Below are positions 50,725 to 63,544 of a DNA stretch of 64,000 nucleotides, one piece after another. The stretch's first letter is position 1; each line of letters begins with the position of its first letter. Position numbers and translations under genes: made by a program. Source of the DNA: Glaucostegus cemiculus (lineage: Eukaryota); the NCBI GenBank assembly GCA_976551045.1, contig CDPCPM010000180.1, positions 31,000,001 to 31,064,000 of the forward strand, in the 5' to 3' direction. Below the pieces are notes generated by a model. The model saw only the letters and a list, made by a program, of their open reading frames with translations, ran no database searches and was not told the origin of the DNA.

Positions 50725-51060
50725 TGCCCACACCACCAGGTTCAGGAACAGCTCCTTTCCTACAACCATCAGGTTCTTGAATGACCTGCACAACCCTAAT
50801 CGTATCTCAGCAATGGAACACTATGGACCAGCTCTTGCTTTACAATGGACTCGTCTCTGATTTTTTGGCACTAGTGTCTTGCTGTTGCACACTTTTTTTC
50901 TCTCTCTCTTCACTATCTAATTCATGCACGATTTATTTATGAGTTCTATTCTGTGTGTTGTCTTGTACCTACGTGCCTGTGATGCTGTGACAAGCAAGTT
51001 TTTCATTGTACCTGTACCTCTCTGTAATTATGCATATAACAATAAACTCGACTTGACCTG
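50725..51060 (+). mobile_element. Rex1/Babar 3' fragment
   Basis: HTTRFRNSSFPTTIRFLN plus a 3' UTR ending aataaactcgacttgacc. Confidence 0.85.
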
Positions 51061-51184
51061 CTTTGCCTTCAGATCTGGCTTACAGCTAACCTCAATGCAA
51101 TGTTAATGGTTGGAGCCCAGTTTCAAATGGACTTCCACATATCTCTTGGGACATGGGATTGAGACAGACCCAAAGGTGTTGTCT

Positions 51185-52010
51185 GCTAGTGGTGCAGCAG
51201 GTAGTGCAGTTACCACAAAGCTCCAGCGCCCCAGATTCAATCCTGACCTCTGGTGGTGTCTACGCAGAACTTCCCCTGTGACAATTTGGTTTCTCCCCCA
51301 CCCAGCCCCCCACCACCCCTCCTCCCACACTGGTATTGGTTTATTGTTGTTTCATGTACCAAGGTACAGTGAAAAACTGTTGGTATGTCATCCAGGCAGA
51401 GACATAAGTACATCGAGGTAGTAAGCAGACTACAGAATATAGTGTTGCAATTACAGAGAAAGTGCAGTGAAGGTAGACAATATAAAATGCATGGACTGTG
51501 ACGAGGTAGATTGGGAGATCGAGTTCATCTTTTAGTGTATGGGAGGTCCGTTGATAACAGCAGGATAGAAGCTGTCCTTGAGCCTGGTGGTACATGCTTA
51601 TAAGCTTTTGTATCTTCTGCCTGAGGGGAGAAGGGAGAAGAGAAAGTGACCGGGGTGGGTGGGGTCCTTGATTATGTTGGCTACTTTCCCAAGGCAGCAG
51701 GAAGTGTAGACGGAGTCAATGGAGGGGAGGGAGGTTTCTGTGATGGACTGGGCTGTGTTCACAACTCTCTGCAATTTCTCGCCATCTTGGGCAGAGCAGT
51801 TGCCATACCAAACTGTGATGCATCCAGATAAGATGCTCTTTAGTAGGTTAATTGGCCACTGTAAATTACCCTGGTATATGTCTGCAATGGCAGAGCCAGG
51901 AGGGAGCTGTGGAGGCGTGAGAGAGAAAATAGGTTAGTTGGAGGAATGGGATTATTGGGATTGCTCAAGGACCTCCTTCAAATGGTCTCCTATGTCATTA
52001 GGAAGAAATA
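51185..52010 (+). mobile_element. tRNA-derived HE1/V-type SINE interrupted by a Rex1 3' fragment (~51332-51835, minus strand)
   Basis: Head ggtgcagcaggtag..gattcaatcctgacctc. The body resumes at ggttaattggccactgtaaattaccc. The insert matches the 42.1-42.6 kb Rex1 fragment. Confidence 0.75.
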
Positions 52011-53194
52011 TAAATATAATTTCCTAAAAATTATTTCTCAAACTGCAGGTATCACTGGCAAGGTACCACCAATTACCCATTCCTTGTAGCTCAGATAAAA
52101 ATAATTGACTTTTTAGGCCATTTAAGAGCAGACTGAGAGAATGTGGAAGAGAGAGGCTTTGGAAAGGGGACTGAGTTAAGGAAATTGGCATGGACAAACT
52201 GGGAGGAAGGGCTTCCCACTGTGCATAATTTCTAAGATGCCAACAGTGGATAGGTCCAGCCTTTACAAATGGATAAGACATTTATAAATTATTTTGAGAT
52301 GATCATGAGAAATAATCTTATTTTGGGAATCCTTGGCTGCCTGAAAGTGAACTCATGAATTCAGGCTGATTATTGCAAAATAATCCTTTTCAAGATACAT
52401 GTTTTGAGAAGTTCATTTCAACTTTGTGTAGGGAGGAATGAAGTCTGGAAGTCCTAAGTACAGGGTGAATAGAAAAAAATACTTTTCTGCTTCTCTGCCA
52501 TTTCTAAACTTGTGGAAAGAAGTCACACTTCAACGCTGTATCAGTCCTGGGGTGAATCATATAAGTTTGTGTTCAGCAACCCACCAGTACAGCAACCCGC
52601 TTTCTGCATGACTGACTCAATGATTACCTCAAGCTGAGGCAAGCCAATGAAATGGATATCTTAGCAAAATTCAAACAAGCCTGATAGATTAAGCTTATTT
52701 TAAATCATACAGTTGGGTTAACATGCTTTAAAACGTATCTGCAGGAAGTACAATATCTGGACAGGCAAAATAAAAAGAAAAGAAGAAATAATTGCTCAGT
52801 AAAAACAGGACATAGCCACTGTTAAGGATACAATTACAATAATAGCTACAGAACCAGAAGCTAATGAGGTTAACCACTGCTTGAAATAATGACAGGAATC
52901 ACATTTGAAAATGATTACTATTTCCCAGTAATACAACAGTATGATAAATTGTAATGGTTAATTAATGTGATAATGTCCTATTTGTTACCTTTCAGAAGGG
53001 AAAAATTAGGACAACGGTAAAATCCTGACTTGCTGTGCAGGTTTCAAACTTTAAGAGCTTGTTTTTGCAGAAACTCAGAAATACCTGGTACAGTCAGACT
53101 GAACTGACAAAGGAAGTCATCTGCAGCTAAAGGACAGAAGTGATATTTTAAAGGTTAATTCCACAAGGGAAACCTAGCTTCAAAGCAGCATGTC

Positions 53195-53312
53195 TCGGCC
53201 CAAAACATTGACTGTTTATTTCCCTCCATGGATGCTGCCTGACCTGCTGAGTTCCTCCAGCACTTTTCGTGTATTGCTCCAGATTCCAGCATCTGCAGAA
53301 TTTCTTGTGTCT
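53195..53312 (+). mobile_element. Penelope-like terminal-repeat fragment
   Basis: gatgctgcctgacctgctgagttcctccagcac..ccagattccagcatctgcag. Confidence 0.7.
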
Positions 53313-53699
53313 GAGTTAGTGGAACAACTAATTTCTAATCAAACTCCCAATAAGCAAATAACCTACTGAAAGGGAAAAAACTGGCTCTCTTATCTTTCTC
53401 CTGAGGTAACCAGCTAACTATAGTCGACTCTGGTGCTTTGTAGTAATATGCAGTTAGAACATAAAGGTAATAATTCTGGCCTTTGAAGGAAGGAGGGTTG
53501 GTCAGAGAATCAGTCCTCATGAGTTTTACCTCTGCACTCACGTTCAAATACAAAACTAAGTGTTCACATGAAGGAAGGCAATAGCAAAACCTTCATAATA
53601 CTGGGTAGAAATTTTAGACTAACAAAATGCATATCTCATCTATTCTTTACATTCCAGGTTAGGCGGGAAAACCCAAGCACTCTCATATGCCCGATCAGG

Positions 53700-54160
53700 C
53701 AATGCACCAGCTTTAAAATTCTCATCCTTGGGTTTGACTCCCTCCATGATCTCATCCTTCCCATCTCCTTAAGCTCCTCCAGCCCTGCAATGCCCCAGAG
53801 ACCTGTGCTCTGCTCCATTTCTGGCCTCTTGCCAGTTTTAATTGCTCCACCAGTCTGACAGGCCTTCAGCTGGCGAGGAACTAAGCTCTAGAATTACCTA
53901 AAGCCTGTTCTAAAGCTTTAAATTAGGTTCTGTTCTAACATTGTGAAATCGAGCTAAAACAGGAAGCAGCTACCATTAGGGCATGATTAAAGTAATTACA
54001 GCAAACTAGGTTCGAATGGAGATAAATACAAAGGTACCTCTTTGACCAAGCTTTCTGCTCACCTATTCCAATATCTCCTTATAAGGCTGAGTTTTGCTTG
54101 TACAAAGTGTTTTAGGACACCTTGCTTTGTTAAAGGAGCCACAACAGTGCAGGTTGTTGG
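53700..54160 (+). mobile_element. L2 3' remnant
   Basis: tttaaaattctcatcctt..tctggcctcttg..ctctttgaccaagcttt. Confidence 0.7.
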
Positions 54161-54479
54161 TAGTGAGCTAGAAAGATCAGCAAGATACTCACTGCAATAA
54201 CTGGACCAAGTCCAAGCAGTTAGAGGTTGGTTTCAATATCATTAGCTAGGGAGAAAAAAATGCCTGGCTTCCTCCCTTAACCACTATTCAGTAACCCTGC
54301 TGTGGCTCACACTGATGACTGTATGCAAGTTCAACTATGATGCTCTCCTTGGCTAAATAGCTCAGAGAACAGGCCATCAGTGAAAAAAAAGAACAAAACC
54401 ACTGAACCACTTGGGAAGGTAAGTTAACAAAATTAGAGAAAGAATGCAATTCAGATGACTTAGGGTCTCATCACCTGAA

Positions 54480-54975
54480 GAACATAAAAAATAGGACCCA
54501 AAGTAAGTTACACTGCATCTGAAACCCTCTCTGCCATTCAGTAAGATGGTGGCTCATCTGATCTAGGCCTCAGCTCCACTTTCCTTCCTGTTCCCCATAA
54601 CCCTCAACTTCCCTATATTCCAAATATCTGACCATCTTAGCCTTGAATATATTCAATGACTTAGCTTCCATGGCTTTCTGGGGTAGTGAATTCTAAAAAT
54701 TCACAACCTTCTGACCTCTGCGTTAGATGGGTAATTCTTTATTCTGGAATGGTGTCCCCTAGTTCTAGGGTCCACCATGAAGAGGAGCATTCTTCTACAC
54801 CCCTCAGAATCTTACGTATTTCAGTAAGATCACCTCTCACTTTTCTGAACCAATGAGTACAGGCCCAACCTGTTCCCCATCTCCTCATTAGCCAATCACT
54901 TCATTCCAGAAATCAACCTAGTGAACCTTCTCTGAACTGCCTCCAATGTGAGTATGTCCCTCCTTATGTAATGAG
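54480..54975 (-). mobile_element. CR1 3' remnant
   Basis: aagaacataaaaaatagga tail and ORF 54896-55129 DILTLEAVQRRFTRLISGMK. Confidence 0.8.
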
Positions 54976-56439
54976 AACAAATGACGCCCAGCCTCTGTCC
55001 ATTTTGCTTTTCTAGCCTTCCCACCGAAGTGGGTAATGTCACATTGCTCCACAAGGTGTGAAATGTAATTATAGCATAAATGTCTACAACATTTACAAGA
55101 TCATAACTGATGAGGAAAGAGATTAGCATGAAAATTCAAACTCATAACACTTTGTTCTTCAGTAAAAAGCACTTATTTCTGCTGGGTAAAACAATTGTAG
55201 ACATTTCAGTGTCCAACCACACCACTGCAGAAGCTTCATCTGGTACCCCCAGTCACGAAGCAGTCTGATGTACGGATGACGGTAATTAATCTATCCAGAA
55301 CAATCCAAACATTATGGTTTTTTGCTACAGTTTTCAATTGGTTCCCATCTAGTGATTACTTTTGTGTATTTTGTGTTTGTACCTGAATCAACCATATGTT
55401 GTGGCACTGAAATGATCTGGATTAAGTGGCTGGCTCCCTAGCCTGATGGATAAAAGTCATCCATCCAGATGATTATAACCAATGAAAAATCTCTATGATC
55501 AATTTCTGGTGCTTGCCCAAACACTAGATTTACTGAATTAAAACTACAGCCTTTCCTATCTATAACATGTAGGTTAATTCAGAGAACTTTCTGATTTCAA
55601 ACCCAAATCTGAATTTTACTGGCTTGCCTCTGTGGCTTTTTATCCTGCTTTTGTGATTTATTTTGAGGTAATCTGCCAGATTTTAATATTCAATTCCCTT
55701 AATCTCACTAACCTCTAAAGTCACATCATGGACTGTCCCTTTCCATGTTTAAATGCCCAGGATTCTCCAGACGTTAGTTGAAAGATCTCTTCCTAATTAA
55801 AGTGCAGTTTCCATGCAAATTAATGGTTGAGATGATGCACAAAGATAAAATAATGTAATGTTAAATTTTGATTAAACTCAGTTTACTCCTTCCTACTTTG
55901 CTGAAAATATTTTGTAATGCAAATGAAAACAACTTATTTTTGGGTGTTCGTGCAAAAGACCTTTTATGGTGAAACCTGAAAATACTCAAATAACAAACAA
56001 TGCTAGAAGCACAGTCATTCCAAAAAGTCTGCCTCTTTCATTGTGCTATATGTCATCAGTCTTGGAGTGAGAACTCGCTGAAGGTGATCTGCACAGAAAT
56101 GAAACTAGCCTGACATTTGATGACACTTGTGGATTGTACCCACGTGAATCAGCAATGGCTGATAGAGGAGAGAGATAAGAAGAAAATAGAATGAAATGCC
56201 TCAAGGTCTGAGAAATGTTGTCTTATGCCTGATACCCTTCAGAATTTGTGGTTGCATTGCGGTGCTAATCGGAAAATATCATTCAGTTTTAAAATGCTTA
56301 GTGTTCCCTTTCCACAAGCAATATTAGCAACATAACATTGTATTGACTTAATTCCTTCCCAGTTTGGTGTTTGCATGTACAAACATACAACTTCATGATT
56401 TTTCTTAAGGAATAAAATTTTCTTTTTTTTTCCCTCATA

Positions 56440-56700
56440 TTTTCTTACGACATAGAAGGAGGCTATTAGCCCCATTAAGACTGTGGCAGCATGCATATCC
56501 CATCAATCGCATTCCCCCATTCATTTCCCTGTAACCTATTCACTGTCACATGCACTTCAATTGCCCCCTGATTCTCCTACCACTCAACTGCACCAGGGGT
56601 GATTTACAGCCGCTGGTTACCCTACCAACCTACAGGTTTTTGAAATGTGGACCTGGAGCTGTGAGGATGCAGCACCCCTTGATATGCCACTGTGCTGCCC
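56440..56700 (-). mobile_element. HE1/V-type SINE remnant
   Basis: Reverse complement of the SINE family seen at 51.2-52.0 kb, with head gggcagcacagtggc. Confidence 0.65.
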
Positions 56701-57089
56701 AAAATGCTTCCTGAGGACAACTGCATAAACAGTAATTTATTGATCTTACTGTTTCTGTGATGAATATCAAAACTTCCCTCAATTCTTTTTGCAGCTACCT
56801 TCCAATAGTTTCATCTGACAGAGGGAGTTTCTCAAACTGGTGGGAAGTGGTATCCCATAGGGATCAGTGCTACTATAAAGGATGTGTACCAACTTGCACA
56901 TAAATGAGCTTTGCACTCCAATTGACTGGACGTGACCTGCAGAATACTTGTATGGCAAAATGTATCTGAGGCAGAAAAAATGTGACCCAGTTTCTCCTGG
57001 TAATGCTGTAAATGAGCATTGCGCAAGGGAATGACATCAGTTCGTATGCATACTGCACAACAAATGTCTGGCTTGCTCATGGCCTTCCA

Positions 57090-57330
57090 TTAAGACAGGA
57101 AGTGTGGGATCCAATATCCTGAACTGCTTGATTTTTCCATAGTGGGGAAACTCTTTTCAAAAGTTGCATGAGAAAACATCAATTTCCAATTTTTAAAAAA
57201 TATATGATCCAATTTTACTATTTCCCCCACACAGCAACAATGACTGACTGTACTCATTTCTTCTTCTGTACTGATGGCAAATTTTGTTACACAGCAATGA
57301 TCCACTCCTTGCAAGATTTTATCCAATGTG
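57090..57330 (-). mobile_element. Highly decayed CR1/L2 RT fragment
   Basis: ORF 57090-57326 VTKFAIST..LDHI..NWKLMFS parallels ISKFADDTK..LD.L..W.M.FN. Confidence 0.5.
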
Positions 57331-59307
57331 TCTCAGAAAGTCTTAGATGAAATCATGACTTCATCAGCTGACATTGTGCATGAATAGAGCCTTTGTGCCT
57401 GTTGATGGTCAATGTTCAATTGTGCATAGGCATGGGAGCGGCCCAATTTGAGAACATCTTTGGTTCTGCTAACTCGGTGCTGAAGGATATAGGCCAAACG
57501 AAGGCAGAACTCAGTTAGGCAACCTGGTCAGCATGGATGAGTTGGGCTGAAGGGCCTGTTTTCTGTGCTTCTATGACTCTTGTGAAGTGAGTATTGTTCA
57601 TCATTAAGGCATCATTTGCTGTGACTCATAGCCTCCACGCAGCCACATCATAGCCTCCACACAACAGGCACAACCCTTGTTGACCTGGCCCACTCACACT
57701 GGTTGGTTTTCAAAAGCACACCATTTTGTCTTAGCCCATCCAATTCCCCATCAACTCAACTCCATAGAGCACACAGGATTGCTTTGGGCTTGCTACAGAC
57801 CAGCTTTACAACCGGTTTGATGTCAGGATGTTATAGCACGAGTTAACAATGTGCTTCAACCATCCCGAAATAAAACTACCATCCTCATTGTTACTTTGTA
57901 CAGATACTGTTCAAAGAGTAACGCTTTATTTGCAAGGCAGCACGCAAACTATTTGCATGTTGAGTCTTTAAGTTGGCAGACTAAATGTTCAAGATTGTTT
58001 GGGACAATGTTGCTTTGCTGCAAAGCGGGCACACCACACAACTCTCCTGTCTAAAAGGATCACAATATGAACAAATACAGGGATATAGAGAAAACAGCAA
58101 TAGTTGCTTAAATATATACACCAGTTCTGAAGGACACTGGGACATTATGATGATATGTCAAGGAGCCTGATAAAAATTTGTTTTTTTCTTTTAAAGCACA
58201 GCCAGCTTTTTGATTTTTTTTTTGCACTGTACGCAATAATGTGATCAGGATTGCCAGGCTTGTTAGAGAGTGTTACAATGTGGGCAAAACCGAGAGTGAT
58301 CTTTGATTTTGACAGGAAATTGGATTGCATGGCACCATGTTTTTGTGTGTGTCACAACTTCAATCAAACATGAGACGTAAAGGAAAGCTGGGGACTTACA
58401 GCAAGGTCAAAGAAATACATGATTTTCCTTCCTGCTCCTCCACCTCTTTGTTGTGCTCATAAGCAGAGGACTAGACGTGGGCATGGCATTCGGGATTTTG
58501 GTCCAACATGTGCAGGTTATAGGTAGTGCCAACCACTCACGATGAAGCAGGCCTTCACAACACATCGAGGCCTGCATCAGCATTATTGGGCAGCTCCCAG
58601 TCAATGGAATCTGGCAGTGAGAACCTGCCTTTAAGCAATGCATTAAACAAGCTCTCTCTCAGGCTCCCTGCATCCCCATTTCAGTGATCTGCCTACCACA
58701 TTCCACTGGCTGCTGACCTCATCCACCCCCTTGTCTACCACTCTAGTCACAACTCACCCACACCCACTCCCAAGCTCCCAGCCTAAGTCTCCAGCCCAAT
58801 CACACCCCATGCCTACTAAACCTGGCGCAACCACTTCACCCTTCCCATCTCGGCCTTCCCCCGCTCCCCCCCACAACCCTTGCTCAATCCCCTTGCAAAC
58901 CTCTGTACCAGACCCTGTCCCCCATTACAATCCTTGGCCTGGCAACACCCTACCCTTGATCCAGCATGATGGCCATTTTAGGATCTCCAACCCTCCTCCC
59001 CTTCCCATCCCTAGGACTCTTCACCTCCACAACCCAAGCCAACTCCAGTCCTCAGTCTTGCATTTGCCTACACCCCACCTTGTACTTACCTGACTTCCTT
59101 CTTATGCTCCACAATGGAAAGGACTTGCCCTGTAAAGCCTGCAGTGCCAGAGGTGACATTCTAGGCCTTGGGTACCACTGAATTTTCTGACCACAAGCCC
59201 TCCAACAAAGCACTCATTGGTCTTATGCACAATGGCAACTTAATGCGTCTAGCCAGGTGTCATTCCTTTTCTATCCAGTTGTATTCTGACTGCCTTCTCA
59301 TAACACT

Positions 59308-59466
59308 GAGTCATAGAGCAATACATGGAAACAGGCCCTTTGGCCCAACTGGCTCATGCTGACCAAGATGCCCACCTAAGCTAGTCCCATTTGCCCGTGT
59401 TTGGCCCATATCCCTCTAAACCTCTCCTATCCATGTACTTATCCAAATGTCTTTTAAATGTTGTTA
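59308..59466 (-). mobile_element. CR1 3' fragment
   Basis: gagtcatagag tail and aggccctttggcccaac motif. Confidence 0.85.
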
Positions 59467-60226
59467 TGATGCTAGGCATACAATTAATTGTGATCAATAT
59501 TTCAATACGAATTGGTGCTCTTGGCTATGGGGCTACACAACAGAAAGGCATCCTGCAATTCTGCAGTCAGGGGTGAAGGATTCCAATATGCACTCTGCCC
59601 ATTCTCTGTCCTTTAACAATTAAATTATGTGAGGTACAAAAGTATGCTTGAAGTTCTGATATATACATACATGGATCTTTAGGGGCATCACTATCTTTGT
59701 TTATTTTGCTACCATCTTAAACCATCGAGAGACAAACACCACTCTGTAGGTTCCACTGAAGGTCCCTATGAAATAAGCTCAGTCAAATGACACTGGGGTC
59801 ATTTTTTTAATCTTGACTGCACAGGCGATAATGTGGTGCTCTGGACTGTGATTCCAATGCAGAGCCTGCCCAACTTTCATTCCATCAGTTACAATGAAAT
59901 AGAAACCAGATGGGTTCTATAATTGGCAAGCAATTCACTGCAGCAAAATATCATCCAAGTGGTGAAAATAAAAGTTAAACTCTATCACATTCTGTGAAAC
60001 CTCTATATAATCTCCGAAGGAATGTCCACCTGTCTTGTTTGACTAATATTTCCTCACCAGCATATTTTTCAAGTCACAACTGCTTCCAGGCACTCCATAT
60101 CTTGCATTCTACATACAGAAATGCTGGTTATATTTGGACACGTGAAGGGGACACTGGAAAGACACCACACTCCTTTGTCAGTCACAAGCCAAGATACACT
60201 TCCGTACTGTGCTGAAAATTGAATTT

Positions 60227-60304
60227 TCACATGTCTTCAGCACACAAGGGCAAGGGCACTGGGGAGAGCTCTCGGCAGATGTTGAACAGCAGAATGTCAT
60301 GTAC
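60227..60304 (-). CDS. Putative terminal coding exon of an unidentified minus-strand gene (VHDILLFNICRELSPVPLPLCAEDM*)
   Basis: Acceptor atttcctgtgactgtttgcag, a GC3-rich codon-like frame, and a phase-0 join to the exon at 60639-60703. AATAAA lies on the minus strand at 59700-59705. Confidence 0.7.
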   Translation of the reverse strand, partial: VHDILLFNICRELSPVPLPLCAEDM

Positions 60305-60638
60305 CTGCAAACAGTCACAGGAAATATTACTGTCACTGCAGGCTGTAAAGCCTGCACAAACTGCTAAATCCTGCAAATGAACCTGATGAAATTGTTTTAA
60401 TCACAAAGACACTGAACTGTGATTAGTTATTGTTGTAAAACTGTCGTCTCAGTAGAACAATGGCTTTCATTTTGACAAGAACTGTTACGTACTGCACTGT
60501 TATACCGCTGCACCTGTCCCCCTCCACCCCCCAATTTCTACTAGTAAATCCTACAATGAATTTAGGAGAAATGTCTTTAAGTTGGTGAGAAAGTGTAAGT
60601 CATGACTACATGGAATGGTTAAGCCTACATACACTTAC

Positions 60639-60703
60639 GATCTGTGTATGTTCACGAGTTGCTTTCAAACCAACAAATGCAAAGACCCTGTGGATTGCTT
60701 TGT
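60639..60703 (-). CDS. Putative penultimate coding exon, 65 nt ((D)KAIHRVFAFVGLKATREHTQI)
   Basis: Acceptor tgtctgtcctctgtcctccag and donor ATC|gtaagt. Only one frame is open, and it splices in frame across a 334-nt intron to 60304. Confidence 0.7.
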
Positions 60704-62109
60704 CTGGAGGACAGAGGACAGACATGCTGGTGGCAGACACTGCTGAACACTAGTGTCTTCCACGTTCCACCTCCCTGCTCTTACCAATTTCATTTCATCT
60801 GAAACAGATGATTGTACAGTGTTCAATTCCAGTCACACCTCCTTGAGCTGCAACAACTCCATAACATTCAGGGTCGGGTTGTTAAGTAGCACATCTGCTT
60901 CACATCACACAAATGTACTTACCACCATTCAACAGAACTGCCACTGTCTAATCCCCTCCACCATCATCCCTGATCTCCTACTCAACACTCTTTCCAAATT
61001 TGTACTGAGAGTTTCATTATCATGAACTCAGTGTCTAGCCCATATATCATATACTGTAGCTGCCAACAGAATGCACGCAAAGGGTTCAATTTCAGAGTGA
61101 CCCCCATACCAGCTGAACCTGTCGGGCATTGATTGAAGTTTCTTAAAGGGGACGCTGTTGTTCCTACCAGTGGTGGGAGTCATTCCACAGGATTTGGGAG
61201 CTTGAAGGAAGCCACAGCTGATCATCAGCAGGAATGAGCAGCTGGAGCTTAGTATAAAGCTAGAGGACTAGCACCTCATCATCTGACTTGGTAACATTAC
61301 AGCCTTCCACACTCAACACTGAAATCAATGATTACAGATAGTCCACCATTCCAGCCTTGTAACTCATATTCAGTTTTTCTCTCCCACCTTCTGGTAATTT
61401 CAGATTTCAATCATCTCCCATCTGCACTTCCCCCCCTTTTTGTCATTCACCAGCCTTCACCACCCTCTTTCCACAGCATCACCACCACTTGAGACATTCA
61501 ATTTCTCCTGATTTTCCACCCTATCATAAGCCTTCTCTTTTGTTCTCTCTGCCCCTTTCCCATTTTCTGCCACTTTGAACTTGCTTCATTTCAAATTTCC
61601 CCACCATTCCAGACAAAAGGTCATCAACGTAAAACATTAACCTATTTCTGTTTCCCCAGATGGAAATTGTGATGGAACAGGAAATATTTTTCCTTTATGG
61701 GAATGTGATATGGCTGTTGCTGGCTATGTCTAATTTCCCTACTGAGAATGGTGGGGAGCTGCTTTTTTGAATTGTTCTAGTTCTTGTGGTGAAGCTACTT
61801 GCCTAGTACTGTTGTTGCCAAAATCCCAGGGAAGCACAGGGATACATTTCCAGCTCAGGATAGCGTCTGCCTCATTATAGCTCTTCACTACCAACTTCTC
61901 CAGTGCCAACACAAACCTCCTTTAAGATGTGCGTGTCCATTTCCTCTGCAGCAATAGTGCGATCCCTGATTGCGGAATGTGCCTTAGCTTTTGGTCTGTC
62001 CGCCATTCCAGCATGGCCCACTGAAGCCCACCGAATCTCACTGAAGCCGACTTGCGAGCTTTGCTTCGTGCTCATCAATTACTGGGACGCAAGAGGAAGA
62101 GCCACTGGC

Positions 62110-62230
62110 AGTGATGGAATTTCAGTCACTACGCCACTCCAGACCTCTCGTCCTCCATCCCAAGTCTCTGATTCCTTTCAAATGCTTCCTCAAAACTACA
62201 TCCTCGACTGATCCTTCAGCCTTTGCATTT
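62110..62230 (+). mobile_element. L2 3' tail remnant
   Basis: tggaatttc..ttcctttcaaatgcttcctcaaaactacatcctcgactga. Confidence 0.5.
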
Positions 62231-62702
62231 CCTTCTTCTTGCTCATCTTAATGAAACTGTGATGAACCTCTCTAAAATCTCTGATCACACCTTTCAATAA
62301 TAAGTTGTAACTCAGCCACGTCATCATGTTAAAAACAGTTTCAACAGAGTGGTTTCTGTTGGAGTTTTTGAGTGCCCTTAATACGTACAGAGCACACAGT
62401 CTGTCTAGGGTTAAGAATGCAACGGGGAGAGGGTTAGCCTGAATTCTAAGACCATGCCTATAACAAGTCCCTCCTCAGATACAAATCAGCCAGCCACTTC
62501 AGACTTGAGATTATATAAATGTTGTCAGGCTGTTGCTGCTGGAAGAGATTGCTACCACAATACTTTGTGGCTAAACTATCAAAAAATAATCTTCCTTCTT
62601 CAATAGCCTGCCAGCTGCAGAAAATGTGCCAGGTCTGCTATCTCCTGATTAACGCCAATGCATGGTTCTATTGTCAGTCAGCACAGTATGCCAGCCACTT
62701 AC

Positions 62703-62763
62703 TGGCAATATATTTGTGTTCTGATTCTTAATGGATAGTTCTGCTCCCAGAAACTGCTTGAAT
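62703..62763 (-). CDS. Candidate upstream exon, 61 nt (FKQFLGAELSIKNQNTNILP in one open frame)
   Basis: Acceptor ccatctttattcccag and donor CCA|gtaagt. It needs an intervening phase 0-to-1 exon to join 60703. Confidence 0.35.
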
Positions 62764-63544
62764 CTGGGAATAAAGATGGAAGGCTCTCCCTAGCTCTGAA
62801 ATTAAATTCACGGAGCTTCATTGTGTGGAGAGGTCACTATGGTGATGTAGGATTCCAGGAAAGCAGTGGGTACGCATTTTTTATCTAAACCACCAAAACA
62901 GATTTTGTTATTTTAATTTAGATGAAGTTGTTTTCGAGTAAGCTTCATAATTATGAACAGCTAATTTTCCTCTTCCTTCTGTATATTTTAATATAAAACA
63001 TAGAAATTCATTTGCATGTTGCCACTGAGAAATGAAGCCAACCCATTGTTAGCTCCCTGGGGGAGCTACACAAGTCATTCACAGGGGATTTCATTTTGAT
63101 GCAAGATCTTTATGTACATCAGCACTATTTCTCCAAAGCCCAGCATACCCAAATAATATAGTGCCCAAAATCTATCTCCAGTGAGATTTTCACCCACACT
63201 GGTTTGAGTTACAGTTGGTGCTGTTCACTCTCCAAAGAAGCAGCTTTTAGTGATGCTGTAAGTTCGAACTGAATGTTTGTTAAAGGGTCAGACATGTATC
63301 TTCTGTGGTCAATGGTAGGATGCTGCAGGACTCTCTGCTAAACAAACCCCTTGAGGGGGCAGACCCAAACTGGCATCCCTATCTCCCACTTCCTAGGTGG
63401 TTTTAACAGATCCCTCAAAAATAAGTGGCCAGACTGCCAAAAGAAACCCCGCAAAATGAGAAGTTTCAAATCCTGCAAAAAGAGAAAGTATCCTGACTGG
63501 TTGCATCATCGTCTGCTACAGCAATTCAAATGCAAATCAATGTA

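Noticed and set aside
51185-51260. tRNA gene
   Set aside because: A/B-box-like head of a SINE with no cloverleaf, continuing into SINE body sequence.
58731-59093. Pro-rich 120-aa ORF
   Set aside because: A low-complexity C-rich tract with a TTG start. It is not evidence of coding function.
61917-62081. 165-nt or 40-nt exon from the strong acceptor tcttgcgtcccag at 62082
   Set aside because: The 165-nt form has stops in all frames. The 40-nt form (IDEHEAKLASRL) ends in phase 2, which is incompatible with the downstream exon. It is left unresolved, although the block is CpG-rich.
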